Shown here piece after piece: positions 9,626-18,764 of a DNA stretch of 64,000 nt. Location of the stretch: contig CAVUJZ010000010.1 in the NCBI GenBank assembly GCA_963741905.1, forward strand, positions 2,099 through 66,098, given 5' to 3'. Each line of letters begins with the position of its first letter. The first letter of the stretch is position 1. Source of the DNA: an uncultured Acidobacteriota bacterium (GTDB lineage Bacteria > Acidobacteriota > Thermoanaerobaculia > Gp7-AA8 > CAVUJZ01). A program made the translations under genes and the position numbers. The notes beneath the pieces are model-generated. The model was not told the origin of the DNA, did no database searches, and worked only from the letters and a program-made list of their open reading frames with translations.

Positions 9626-11170
9626 ATGCCACCCACTCTTCAGGAGAATCTGACGCGTCTTCCCCTGTTGCGGATTCTTCTCGCCATCATCACGGGGGTC
9701 GCTCTGGGACTTTCCTTTCCCGGGTTCGGCCTGACCAAACTGGCGTTTCTGGCCTTCATTCCGCTGATCTGCGCGGTGGTGACCGCCCGGGGAGCGTGGG
9801 GGGCCTTCGGCCTGGGCTGGACCGCGCTGACGGTCACCTGGCTGATCAATGTTCCCTGGGTCATCGCAGTGATGAAGACGCACGGGGGGATCCCACTGTC
9901 GGTCGGAATCACCCTTTACGTCGCACTGGCGATGGTTCTTGGGCTGTACGGAGCGTTTTTCGCCGTGCTGGTCTGGTGGCTCCGTCTGGGCGAACGGTTC
10001 GGGCCCTGGATGATGATTCCGCTGGCGTGGTCGGTCTCCGAGTACGCCCGGGCGCACCTGATCAACGGCTTTCCGTGGAATCTGCTGGCCGAGGCCATCG
10101 TCGACACCACCTTCATCCAGGTGGACCGCTTCGTGGGCCCTTACGCCATCGGTGCCCTGATGACGGTTCCGTCGGTGATCATCGCCTGGAACATCATCCA
10201 GCCGATGCCGAAGCGGAAGCCGGTGATCTCGCTGATCTGGCTCGCGATCTTCCTGATCGCCTGGGGCGTCATCGGCGGGATGGTGATGGTTCAGGAACAG
10301 AGCCGGATCCGCAACGAGGAAAAGACCACGGTGGCTCTTCTGCAGCCCAACATCTCCCAGCAGATGCGCTGGGATGAGGGAAACCTCTACGACATCTTCA
10401 GCCGGATGATCGAGATGACCGATTCGGCGATCGCTCAAGGTGCAAAGACGGTGATCTGGCCCGAGTCGACCGTACCGCTGAGCTTCGCCACCACGGACTT
10501 TTACCGCGACTGGGTCGAAAGCACCTCCCGTGAGCGGGATGTCAACATCATTCTCGGCTCGGTCGCGGAAGATCCGAAGGATCATACGAAGATCTGGAAT
10601 TCGGCTTATCTCGTCTCCGACGGGACCATCATCAGCCGGTACGACAAGATGAAGCTGGCTCCGTTCGGCGAGTACGTTCCGTTCCGGCGCCTGCTTTCAT
10701 TCGCACCGAAGCTGGTCAAGGATGTCGGCGAATTTCAGTTTGGAACCAACAGTCACCCTCTGAAAGGTCGCTTCGCCTACGGCCCCGCGATCTGCTACGA
10801 GATTCTTTATCCCGAGGTCGTGGCGAACCAGGTGCGGCATGGTGCGGACCTGCTGGTGACCATCACGAACGATGGATGGTTCGAGCGCACCGCGGCGCCC
10901 GAGCAGCATTTCGATGGGGCACGGCTGCGGGCGATCGAGACGGATCGCTGGCTGGTGCGCTCTGCGACCACCGGAATCACGGCCATTGTTGACCCGACCG
11001 GTAGAATCGTGGAGAGGCTGCCGGTGGATCAGCAGGCGATGATCGTCGGCGGCGTCGCCGCGAGAACGAATGAGACTTTGTACGTGAGGTTCGGCGACTG
11101 GTTCGCCATCGCATCGATCATTGCGGTGGCGGCATTCGTGATCCTCCGAAGGAGACGGAAAGATGCGTGA
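9626..11170 (+). CDS. lnt: Apolipoprotein N-acyltransferase
   Basis: 514 aa. Multi-TM N-terminal half plus a CN-hydrolase domain (VIWPES...ICYE...NDGWF). Confidence 0.9.
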   Translation: MPPTLQENLTRLPLLRILLAIITGVALGLSFPGFGLTKLAFLAFIPLICAVVTARGAWGAFGLGWTALTVTWLINVPWVIAVMKTHGGIPLSVGITLYVALAMVLGLYGAFFAVLVWWLRLGERFGPWMMIPLAWSVSEYARAHLINGFPWNLLAEAIVDTTFIQVDRFVGPYAIGALMTVPSVIIAWNIIQPMPKRKPVISLIWLAIFLIAWGVIGGMVMVQEQSRIRNEEKTTVALLQPNISQQMRWDEGNLYDIFSRMIEMTDSAIAQGAKTVIWPESTVPLSFATTDFYRDWVESTSRERDVNIILGSVAEDPKDHTKIWNSAYLVSDGTIISRYDKMKLAPFGEYVPFRRLLSFAPKLVKDVGEFQFGTNSHPLKGRFAYGPAICYEILYPEVVANQVRHGADLLVTITNDGWFERTAAPEQHFDGARLRAIETDRWLVRSATTGITAIVDPTGRIVERLPVDQQAMIVGGVAARTNETLYVRFGDWFAIASIIAVAAFVILRRRRKDA

Positions 11171-12270
11171 CGGGATGCCGGAAAAGATCGATGAGCTGAA
11201 AGAACGGATGACTGCGATTCGAGGTTATCTTTGACCTCGACAGTGCGCAGAAAAGCCTGAAGGAAATCGAGCAGCAGATGTCCGCCGATGGCTTCTGGAA
11301 TGACCAGGAGCGGGCTCAGGAGGTCGGACGCAAGCGGGCCCGGATCGAAAAGCGGCTCCAGACCGGCAGATCTCTCGAGGAGAAGAACGAGGAGATCAAC
11401 GTTCTCCTCGAACTGGGGAAAGAGGGAGAGGACGTCACTGCCGACCTCGAAAAGCTGCTGACTCAGCTCGAAAAGGACATCTCCGAGGTGGAGATGCGGA
11501 TGAAGCTGTCCGGTGAGCACGACGACCGCGACGTCATCTTCTCGATTCATCCGGGAGCAGGGGGGACCGAGTCCCAGGACTGGGCGGACATGCTGCTCCG
11601 GATGTATCTCCGCTACTGCGAGCGGCACGACTTCGAGACGGAAATGGTCGAGTATCAGGCGGGGGAAGAAGCCGGGGTGAAGAGCGTGACCTTCATGGCC
11701 CGCGGCGACTACGCATACGGCTATCTCAAGAGTGAGCACGGGGTGCATCGGCTGGTGCGGATCTCGCCCTTCGATGCGAACAAACGGCGACATACCTCCT
11801 TCGCCTCCGTCTACGTCTATCCCGACATCGACGAGGAGATCGAGATCGAGGTTCAGGACAAGGACCTGCGGATCGACACCTACCGTTCCTCCGGGGCGGG
11901 AGGGCAGCGCGTCAACGTCACCGACTCCGCGGTGCGCATTACCCATCTGCCGACGGGTCTGGTCGCCACCTGCCAGAACGAGCGCAGTCAGGGGCGCAAC
12001 CGCGAGACGGCGATGAAGCTTCTCAAGGCCAAGCTCTACCAGCTCGAATTGGAGAAACGTCAGGAAGAGCAGGCGAAGCTGGAAGGGGAAAAGAAGGAGA
12101 TCGGGTTCGGCAGTCAGATTCGATCCTATGTCCTCCAGCCCTACCAGCTCATCAAGGACATGCGCACCGGCTACGAGGTGGGAGATGTTCAGCGGGTGCT
12201 CAACGGCGAGCTCGACGGCTTCATCGAGGCCTATCTCGGCCAGAAGGCGAGAACATCGGCGGCGGAGTAG
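11163..12270 (+). CDS. prfB: Peptide chain release factor 2 with programmed +1 frameshift: join(11163..11231,11233..12270)
   Basis: Frame 0 from ATG 11163 reads MRDGMPEKIDELKERMTAIRGYL and ends at CTT TGA C (11229-11235), with SD-like GAGG 3 nt upstream. This matches the classical prfB recoding site. The +1 frame continues DLDSAQKSLKEIEQQMSADGFWND... and contains GGQ (SGAGGQRVN) and SPF (RISPFD). The track lists only 11278-12270. Confidence 0.9.
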
Positions 12271-12280
12271 CCCGGAACGG

Positions 12281-13669
12281 GACAAGTTCGGGTGGCGAAA
12301 AAGGTGGCTTGACGCTGCCGAGGATCGAAGCGGCAACGGTGGGGTAGTCGATGGTGAATCGACCGCGCCGCGGTTGAGTCTCGGGAGTCCAGGGATTCAG
12401 GCCGGAATCATCCCACCGCCATCTTCGTCCGCACGCCGCGCGCTTCGCGCTTGCCGCGCGGGAAGTTTGTCGAGGTTTCATGGGCTGCGCAGGGATCCCT
12501 TTTCTCCTGAGTTGGAACCGCGTCGCGGGAGCGGGCGTGGGAACGCCCGCTCCACCTGCACCGGGCGTCTCGCAGGTGGCCGAACTTTGTCACGGATGCG
12601 GCGGGATGCCGATCGTACTCGGGATTGCGGCGGCGAGCATCCGGGACAAGTTCGGGTGGCGAAAAAGGTGGCTTGACGCTGCCGAGGATCGAAGCGGCAA
12701 CGGTGGGGAAGTCGATGGTGAATCGACCGCGCCGCGGTTGAGCCTCGGGAGTCCAGGGATTCAGGCCGGAATCATCCCACCGCCATCCTCGTCCGCACGC
12801 CGCGCGCTTCGCGCTTGCCGCGCGGGAAGTTTGTCGAGGTTTCATGGGCTGCGCAGGGATCCCTTTTCTCCTGAGTTGGAACCGCGTCGCGGGAGCGGGC
12901 GTGGGAACGCCCGCTCCACCTGCACCGGGCGTCTCGCAGGTGGCCGAACTTTGTCACGGATGCGGCGGGATGCCGGTCGTACTCGGATTGCGGCGGCGAG
13001 CATCCGGGACAAGTTCGGGTGGCGAAAAAGGTGGCTTGACGCTGCCGAGGATCGAAGCGGCAACGGTGGGGAAGTCGATGGTGAATCGACCGCGCCGCGG
13101 TTGAGTCTCGGGAGTCCAGGGATTCAGGCCGGAATCATCCCACCGCCATCCTCGTCCGCACGCCGCGCGCTTCGCGCTTGCCGCGCGGGAAGTTTGTCGA
13201 GGTTTCATGGGCTGCGCAGGAATCCCTTTTCTCCTGAGTTGGAACCGCGGCGCGGGAGCGGGCGTGGGAACGCCCGCTCCACCTGCACCGGGCGTCTCGC
13301 AGGTGGCCGAACTTTGTCACGGATGCGACGGGATGCCGGTCGTACTCGGATTGCGGCGGCGAGCATCCGGGACAAGTTCGGGTGGCGAAAAAGGTGGCTT
13401 GACGCTGCCGAGGATCGAAGCGGCAACGGTGGGGAAGTCGATGGTGAATCGACCGCGCCGCGGTTGAGCCTCGGGAGTCCAGGGATTCAGGCCGGAATCA
13501 TCCCACCGCCATCCTCGTCCGCACGCCGCGCGCTTCGCGCTTGCCGCGCGGGAAGTTTGTCGAGGTTTCATGGGCTGCGCAGGAATCCCTTTTCTCCTGA
13601 GTTGGAACCGCGGCGCGGGAGCGGGCGTGGGAACGCCCGCTCCACCTGCACCGGGCGTCTCGCAGGTGG
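12281..13669. repeat. Tandem array of about 3.8 copies of a 363-bp GC-rich, hairpin-rich unit, flanked by the 9-bp direct repeat CCGGAACGG (12272-12280 and 13670-13678)
   Basis: The motif GGGACAAGTTCGGGTGG recurs at 12279, 12643, 13006 and 13369 (periods 364/363/363). By eye, copies 2 and 3 differ at 4 positions. Confidence 0.9.
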
Positions 13670-13720
13670 CCGGAACGGACAGAGTCCGCCTACCATGGTC
13701 CAGTGCTCTCGTCATCCGCC

Positions 13721-14197
13721 TCACTCCTCCAGCAGGAGGTTCTGAATGCTGAGCGTGGCGGTAATCAGGGACAGTGCCGCGAAGGTCCAGATGAATCGGG
13801 TCGAGATCGGGATGAGGTGGGCACTTCCGGTGATCAGATCGGCCAGACGGAACTGAACGACCCAGTGGTTCAGCGTCGGCCACTGCCATGCGAGCAATGC
13901 CGCCCACGCCAGCGCCACGCATCCCCAGGCGACCTGCTGAGCGAGGGTCACCGGGCGAGAGGCGCGCTCCGCGGCATCCCGATTTCTCATCAACTGAGCC
14001 TTCAGCCAGATCAGGCCGGGGTCCGGTAGCGGTCCCCATTCCAGGGGCGCACCGGAGAGATCCTTCATGACGCCGTCGGTCTCCACCGCCAGCGAGCAGG
14101 TTTCGCAATCAGCGATGTGCAGAGCCAGAGACTCGGTCATCGTTCCTTCGACGACGGCGCTCAGTACCTCGTCTTCGTATCGGCATCCTCGTTTCAT
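13721..14197 (-). CDS. Anti-sigma factor (zf-HC2-like N-terminus, one TM segment)
   Basis: 158 aa. H-x3-C-x2-C-like motif (LHIADCETC). 4-bp overlap with the upstream ECF sigma gene. Confidence 0.7.
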   Translation of the reverse strand: MKRGCRYEDEVLSAVVEGTMTESLALHIADCETCSLAVETDGVMKDLSGAPLEWGPLPDPGLIWLKAQLMRNRDAAERASRPVTLAQQVAWGCVALAWAALLAWQWPTLNHWVVQFRLADLITGSAHLIPISTRFIWTFAALSLITATLSIQNLLLEE

Positions 14198-14775
14198 CGG
14201 TTCACCTCGTAGCCGCCGTGTTCCTGGAGCAATGCCGCCAGTCGCTTCCGGGCACGGAACAGCAGAACTTTCACGCTCTTTTCCTTCACGTCCAGGGCCT
14301 TGCCGATGCTCCGGTGATCCTCACCTTCCACGTGGGCCATCCAGAGCAGCAGCCGGTCGCGTGGCTCGAGCTCGGCGAAGACCTTCTGCAGGTCGTGCCG
14401 GAGCAGCGGGCGTGGTTCGACGACCGGCTCCCGCGAGTCCTGCAGCTTCATCGCTTCGCGTTCGCGTCCGGTCTGGCGCCAGTGATCGATCAGCAGGTTC
14501 GAAGCGATGGTGAACAGGAACTTCTTCAGGCGCTTGTCATCCTGGCGGCTGTCGGCCGCGCGGGCGAACCGGAAGAACGTCTTCTGAAACAGATCATCCG
14601 CCAGAGAAGGATCGGAGGTGATCCGGGCGAGGTAGCCCCAGAGTGGACGAGACCAGGTTCGATAGAACAGCTCGAACTCCGCCTCGTTCATCACCTGAGG
14701 TTCACCCCGGCTCCCGCCGGAGTGAACCCGCTCGTCGACCAGAGCTTCCGTTCCGGACATCATCGCGGCCGTCAC
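14194..14775 (-). CDS. ECF-type RNA polymerase sigma-70 family factor
   Basis: Region 2 (LADDLFQKTFFRF...) and region 4 (LLLWMAHVEGEDHRSIGKALDVKEKSVKVLLFRARKRL) are recognisable. Confidence 0.9.
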   Translation of the reverse strand: MTAAMMSGTEALVDERVHSGGSRGEPQVMNEAEFELFYRTWSRPLWGYLARITSDPSLADDLFQKTFFRFARAADSRQDDKRLKKFLFTIASNLLIDHWRQTGREREAMKLQDSREPVVEPRPLLRHDLQKVFAELEPRDRLLLWMAHVEGEDHRSIGKALDVKEKSVKVLLFRARKRLAALLQEHGGYEVNR

Positions 14776-15245
14776 GATCCCTGGGTGCTGTCTCCATTCC
14801 CATGCAACAGGCCCATCGTCTTCGACAGCCGCTGAGAGAGGAGAGCCGAGACCACGAATCCCGCGCCGAGGAAGAATCCGATCACTCCGATCAGGAATGG
14901 CGGTTCCTGGGTGGGGTAGCTATATCCCGCGAGGAACGAGGTCACCATGAAGCCGATCGACAGCAGGATGATGATCACTCCGGCCCGCAGGGCACCCAGG
15001 ATCCGGTCGGCCGGGTGAATGGCGGGGCTCTGGGTGAAGCCCTCGAGATATTTCTTCCCGTCGGGAGTCTGCAGGAATCGGACGAATTCCTCCGAGGAGC
15101 CGAATTTGTCGATCATGCGGGTGTGAATCTGGGTCTGAGCTTCGATCCCCCGCCGGGTGGATCTGGTGTGGCCGATCACCCAGACCACGAAGCCGACCAG
15201 CACGAAGCTGGAAATAGGAATCATTGCGACGTACAAGCCTTCCAT
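14772..15245 (-). CDS. Hypothetical membrane protein, first gene of the ECF sigma operon
   Basis: I chose ATG 15245 because GGAGG lies 5 nt upstream (the track starts at 15290). Several hydrophobic segments. 4-bp overlap with the sigma gene. Confidence 0.6.
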   Translation of the reverse strand: MEGLYVAMIPISSFVLVGFVVWVIGHTRSTRRGIEAQTQIHTRMIDKFGSSEEFVRFLQTPDGKKYLEGFTQSPAIHPADRILGALRAGVIIILLSIGFMVTSFLAGYSYPTQEPPFLIGVIGFFLGAGFVVSALLSQRLSKTMGLLHGNGDSTQGS

Positions 15246-15309
15246 ATGTCCTCCGATCAGAGCCGCCGTCGGGCGACTTCTGCCTTTCAATACGATAAGC
15301 CGGTACAGG

Positions 15310-15497
15310 GGTTAACCCGGATTTCTCACACCATCTCTGCTGCGGAGGCGGATCGCGGCCTGTCTGCTACGTTGCGCACAGCTTCGGCTCCTCAACATAG
15401 TCACCACTACGCCTACGTCGCCGAAGCCGCGCGCGCCTTGCATCCTGGCCACTCTCCGCCTCCTCGCGAGGAGACGGCGTGAGAAATCCGGGTTAAC
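15310..15497. repeat. 188-bp foldback (MITE-like) element with perfect 19-bp terminal inverted repeats GTTAACCCGGATTTCTCAC / GTGAGAAATCCGGGTTAAC
   Basis: Inverted repeats at 15310-15328 and 15479-15497. The interior is also imperfectly self-complementary (GCGGAGGCGG vs CCGCCTCCTCGC; AGCTTCGGC vs GCCGAAGC). Confidence 0.7.
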
Positions 15498-15580
15498 GCG
15501 AGTTCGGCAAGCGACGGAAGTGGCCTCTCAAGTCTGGGGCAGATCGATTCTCAGCTCAACCTCTCTGCTACCATCCCGCT

Positions 15581-17101
15581 GTGCGCGTCGCCTTCCTCAC
15601 CCCTCTGCCGCCGGTCCGATCCGGGATTGCGGGGTATTCTCGGATGATCCTGCCGGCTCTGGCAGAACGGATGGATCTGACGGTGGTGGTGGACCAGCCG
15701 GAGTTCGAGCTGGATGCCGATCTTCCGGTGATTCAGATTGCCGAGTATCAGGCGCGGCGCGACCACTTCGATCGGGTGATCTGCCAGATCGGCAACAACC
15801 TCCATCACGAATTCGTCTATCGAGAGGCATGGGAGCGTCCCTCTGTCGCGGTCTTTCACGACGCGATCCTCCACCACCTGATCGTCGAGATGACGGCGGC
15901 TCGCGGGGACGGTGAAGGCTACATCCAGGCTCTGCGTGAGAATCACGGCGCGCCGGGCGAAGCGTGGGCGCGAGGAATTCTGGCGGGGCTGCATCTGGAG
16001 CAGGGGAAGTTCATCTTTCCGGCTTCCGGAGCCCTGGCCAACCGTTCGCGACACGTCATCGTGCACAACCGCTGGGCGGAGGCTCTGCTTCGTGAGCAGG
16101 GGGTGACCGTGCCGATCTCGGTCGTCGAGCATCCTCTGATCCGGAACGGAGGCGGAGCCGGCCTGCGGCAGGGTACCCGCGAGCAACTAGGCTACGGCGC
16201 CACCGATACGGTTGTCGGCATGTTCGGGTTCGTGACCGGCGCGAAGCGCCCTGAGGTCGTGTTCGAGGCATTCGCCGGGGCGTTTCATGAGGACCCGCGG
16301 CTCCGATTGCTCGTCGTCGGCCAGCCGAGCCCCAACGTCGATCTGAATCAGCTCGCGCTGAGCGCAGGGATTTCGTCCGATGTGTGGCAGTCGACCGGCT
16401 ACGTGAGCGACGAAGAGTTCGATCAGTATCTTGCGGCGGCGGATCGGGTCGTCAACCTTCGGTATCCCAGTGCCGGTGAGACTTCCGGAGCGCTGTTGCG
16501 GATTCTCGCCGCGGGCAAGCCGGTCGCGGTGAGTGATTACGCGCAATTCGCTCTGCTTCCTCCCATCGTCACCCGGATCCCCTTCGGCGAAGACGAGATT
16601 CCGGCGGTTCGTTCGTTTCTGCTTTCGGATGAGCGGCCGGATCCTTCCGCCCTGGAGGCCTGGCTCGAGGAGCACACCAGTCTGGATCTGGCGGTGGAGG
16701 GCTATGTCCGCGCGCTCGAAGTTCCGCCGGAAAGAACGGCCCCGTGCAGCGTTGTCTCTGCTCTTCCTCTCTTTCTCCGGGTGCGGGTCCTCGGGGTCTC
16801 CCGCACCCGCGAAGAGGGGGCGGAGCGGGTCTCCATCGAGATCCGGAACGAAGGGCCGACGGGTCTGCGCGCGGTGGGGTACGGCGAGCTGGAATACCTG
16901 ATGATGGCCAGAATCCTCCAGCGGGACGGGGGAACGCTTCTGCGCCGCCTTCATCTGGATCGCGATCTCGGGCCGGGAGAGCGGACCAGCCTCCGGTTCG
17001 ACCTCGAGGATGGAGCCGGACCGCGGACGATCGAGCTTTTCGACGCGGTCGACGACCTGCCGGCGCTCGATTCGGTCCCGCTCTATCGGGGGACGTTGTG
17101 A
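15581..17101 (+). CDS. Glycosyltransferase (GT4/GT1-like N-terminal two thirds) with an extra C-terminal domain
   Basis: 506 aa. MRVAFLTPLPPVRSGIAGYS is a typical GT4 N-terminus, and a later ...PSAGETSGALLRILAAGKP resembles the E-x7-E region. Confidence 0.75.
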   Translation: MRVAFLTPLPPVRSGIAGYSRMILPALAERMDLTVVVDQPEFELDADLPVIQIAEYQARRDHFDRVICQIGNNLHHEFVYREAWERPSVAVFHDAILHHLIVEMTAARGDGEGYIQALRENHGAPGEAWARGILAGLHLEQGKFIFPASGALANRSRHVIVHNRWAEALLREQGVTVPISVVEHPLIRNGGGAGLRQGTREQLGYGATDTVVGMFGFVTGAKRPEVVFEAFAGAFHEDPRLRLLVVGQPSPNVDLNQLALSAGISSDVWQSTGYVSDEEFDQYLAAADRVVNLRYPSAGETSGALLRILAAGKPVAVSDYAQFALLPPIVTRIPFGEDEIPAVRSFLLSDERPDPSALEAWLEEHTSLDLAVEGYVRALEVPPERTAPCSVVSALPLFLRVRVLGVSRTREEGAERVSIEIRNEGPTGLRAVGYGELEYLMMARILQRDGGTLLRRLHLDRDLGPGERTSLRFDLEDGAGPRTIELFDAVDDLPALDSVPLYRGTL

Positions 17102-17676
17102 AGCGTTTCGACCGGGGGACGCTCGAAAGGCTGAGCCGCCTGCTGGCGGAGACGCCCGCGGAGTCGCTGGAGCCGGGAGAGTTGCGTCGCGCCAGCGTGC
17201 TGATCTGCCTGATCGAAAAAGAGCAGGGGTGGTCCATCCTGTTTTCCCGGCGATCCGACGACCTGCCGGTTCACAGCGGCCAGATCGCGTTTCCCGGAGG
17301 AACGCTCGAAGCGGGGGAGACTTCCGAGCAGGCCGCGGTGAGGGAAACCGAGGAGGAGGTCGGGATTCCCCGGGATCGGGTGGAATTGCTGGGGCGGCTG
17401 GACGACATCATCGCCCGGACCGGCTATGTCGTTTCACCGTTCGTCGGTACCGCTCCGGCCGATCTGGAGTACGCCCTGCAACCGACCGAGGTGGTGGACG
17501 TTTACGAAGTGCCGATCGATGCTCTGATGGCGCCGGGCCTGCCGGAGATCCGCTACGTCGCCTGGCGCGGGATGACCTATCCGATCTATTCGTATCACTA
17601 CGATCCGATCGAGATCTGGGGCCTCACCGGCCGGATGCTCAAGGGATTCCTGGATCTCGTCAGGCTGGTTCAGTAG
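17098..17676 (+). CDS. NUDIX hydrolase (CoA pyrophosphatase-like)
   Basis: GTG 17098 overlaps the upstream stop (GTGA). Nudix box GGTLEAGETSEQAAVRETEEEVGI. Confidence 0.8.
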   Translation: MKRFDRGTLERLSRLLAETPAESLEPGELRRASVLICLIEKEQGWSILFSRRSDDLPVHSGQIAFPGGTLEAGETSEQAAVRETEEEVGIPRDRVELLGRLDDIIARTGYVVSPFVGTAPADLEYALQPTEVVDVYEVPIDALMAPGLPEIRYVAWRGMTYPIYSYHYDPIEIWGLTGRMLKGFLDLVRLVQ

Positions 17677-17677
17677 C

Positions 17678-18754
17678 TTACTGCTTCGCCGCGTCGTTCT
17701 GAGCGAGTGCCTTCTGAATGGCTTCGTCGAGTGCCTGCCCTTCGCTACCGAACTCGACCGGCTTTCCATTGATCCAGAAAGTCGGCGTGGCACTCACCTC
17801 CAGAGTCATGGCCGCGCCGAGCCCCTCCAGGATCTGATCCCGAACCTGGTCGGAGGCGATGTCGCGATTGAAGCGCTCCAGATCGAGGTTCTCCCCTTCG
17901 ACGAACCCCCGGACGAAATCCTCCAGGGCGAAGTTGTTCAGCTCGTCCTGGTTGTCGTAGATGCGCGCCTTGTATCGCCAGAAGGCTTCGGGGCTCTGCA
18001 TCCAGATTGCCCGGCCCATGATCGCGGCCGGCAGAGCCCAGGGATGATGGCTGAACAGAGGCATGTCGACACGATGAAAGCTGATCCGGTCGCCGTACTT
18101 CTGAACGAGGTCCCAGACGTGGGTCGAGGCGCGCTTGCAGGAGGGACACTGGAAATCGGAGAACTCCACGACCTGAACCGGCGACGCGGCGGCGCCGTGG
18201 TGCGGTGCCCTGGCCAGAACGTCGTCGAGATAGCCGAGGCGCTCCTTCGCAGCCTGGTCCCTGGAATAGAAGTGGCCGGGGAAAAACATCGTCCCCGCCG
18301 GATCGACCTGTCCCACCATCGGAACCCTGCCATACTCGCTGGTTTCGTTCACGGTCACGGGAAGGAGTCCTTCGTCCGTTTTTGTCTTTCCGACCGTGAC
18401 CGAGAGGGTCTCGGCGAGATTATCCCAGCCGAACGAGCTGATGCGCTCTTCGATCGAGCCTTTCCGGTCCTGGAGAAACCAGGGATTGCCGAGAAAGATC
18501 TTTCCATTCGGCGCGGTGACGGCAAGAAAGCGTCCGCCGCACCATGGCGAGGAATGCTCCAGCTCGATGACGGTTCCTTTCATCCCCTCGGGCAGCTTCT
18601 GCTCATAGGGTGAGCTGCTGGTTTTCGTTCCGGGACAGAACGAAAGGAACTGGGTGATGAAAGGCTCGAGATCCGGCGGGAGATCGGCGTGAGCCGGAAT
18701 TGCCGGGAGGAGCAGGGCCGCGAACAGGAGGGCGAAAATCGGTCGTCTCATCAT
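17678..18754 (-). CDS. Secreted two-domain thiol:disulfide oxidoreductase (N-terminal unknown domain plus DsbA-like thioredoxin fold)
   Basis: Signal peptide MMRRPIFALLFAALLLPAIPAHA (start moved to 18754). CPSC active site in FSDFQCPSCK. Confidence 0.75.
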   Translation of the reverse strand: MMRRPIFALLFAALLLPAIPAHADLPPDLEPFITQFLSFCPGTKTSSSPYEQKLPEGMKGTVIELEHSSPWCGGRFLAVTAPNGKIFLGNPWFLQDRKGSIEERISSFGWDNLAETLSVTVGKTKTDEGLLPVTVNETSEYGRVPMVGQVDPAGTMFFPGHFYSRDQAAKERLGYLDDVLARAPHHGAAASPVQVVEFSDFQCPSCKRASTHVWDLVQKYGDRISFHRVDMPLFSHHPWALPAAIMGRAIWMQSPEAFWRYKARIYDNQDELNNFALEDFVRGFVEGENLDLERFNRDIASDQVRDQILEGLGAAMTLEVSATPTFWINGKPVEFGSEGQALDEAIQKALAQNDAAKQ

Positions 18755-18764
18755 GTCGTGAGGC

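Noticed and set aside
12281-13669. The 363-bp unit as tmRNA, RNase P RNA or a tRNA-like gene (the size is similar and GGGATT...ATCCCACCGCCA superficially resembles a T arm with CCA)
   Set aside because: The unit has no RNase P P4 consensus (GGAAAGUCCGGGC / ACAGAACCCGGCUUA) and no tmRNA tag reading frame. The would-be T loop is 13 nt. Tandem copies of such genes would also be implausible.
12480-13745. 421-aa ORF, plus several 60-145-aa ORFs on both strands, inside the 363-bp array
   Set aside because: The frames stay open only because the unit length is a multiple of 3 in a stop-poor GC-rich sequence. The products are Arg/Gly/Pro/Ser-rich with no hydrophobic core or usable SD spacing. I therefore treat the array as non-coding.
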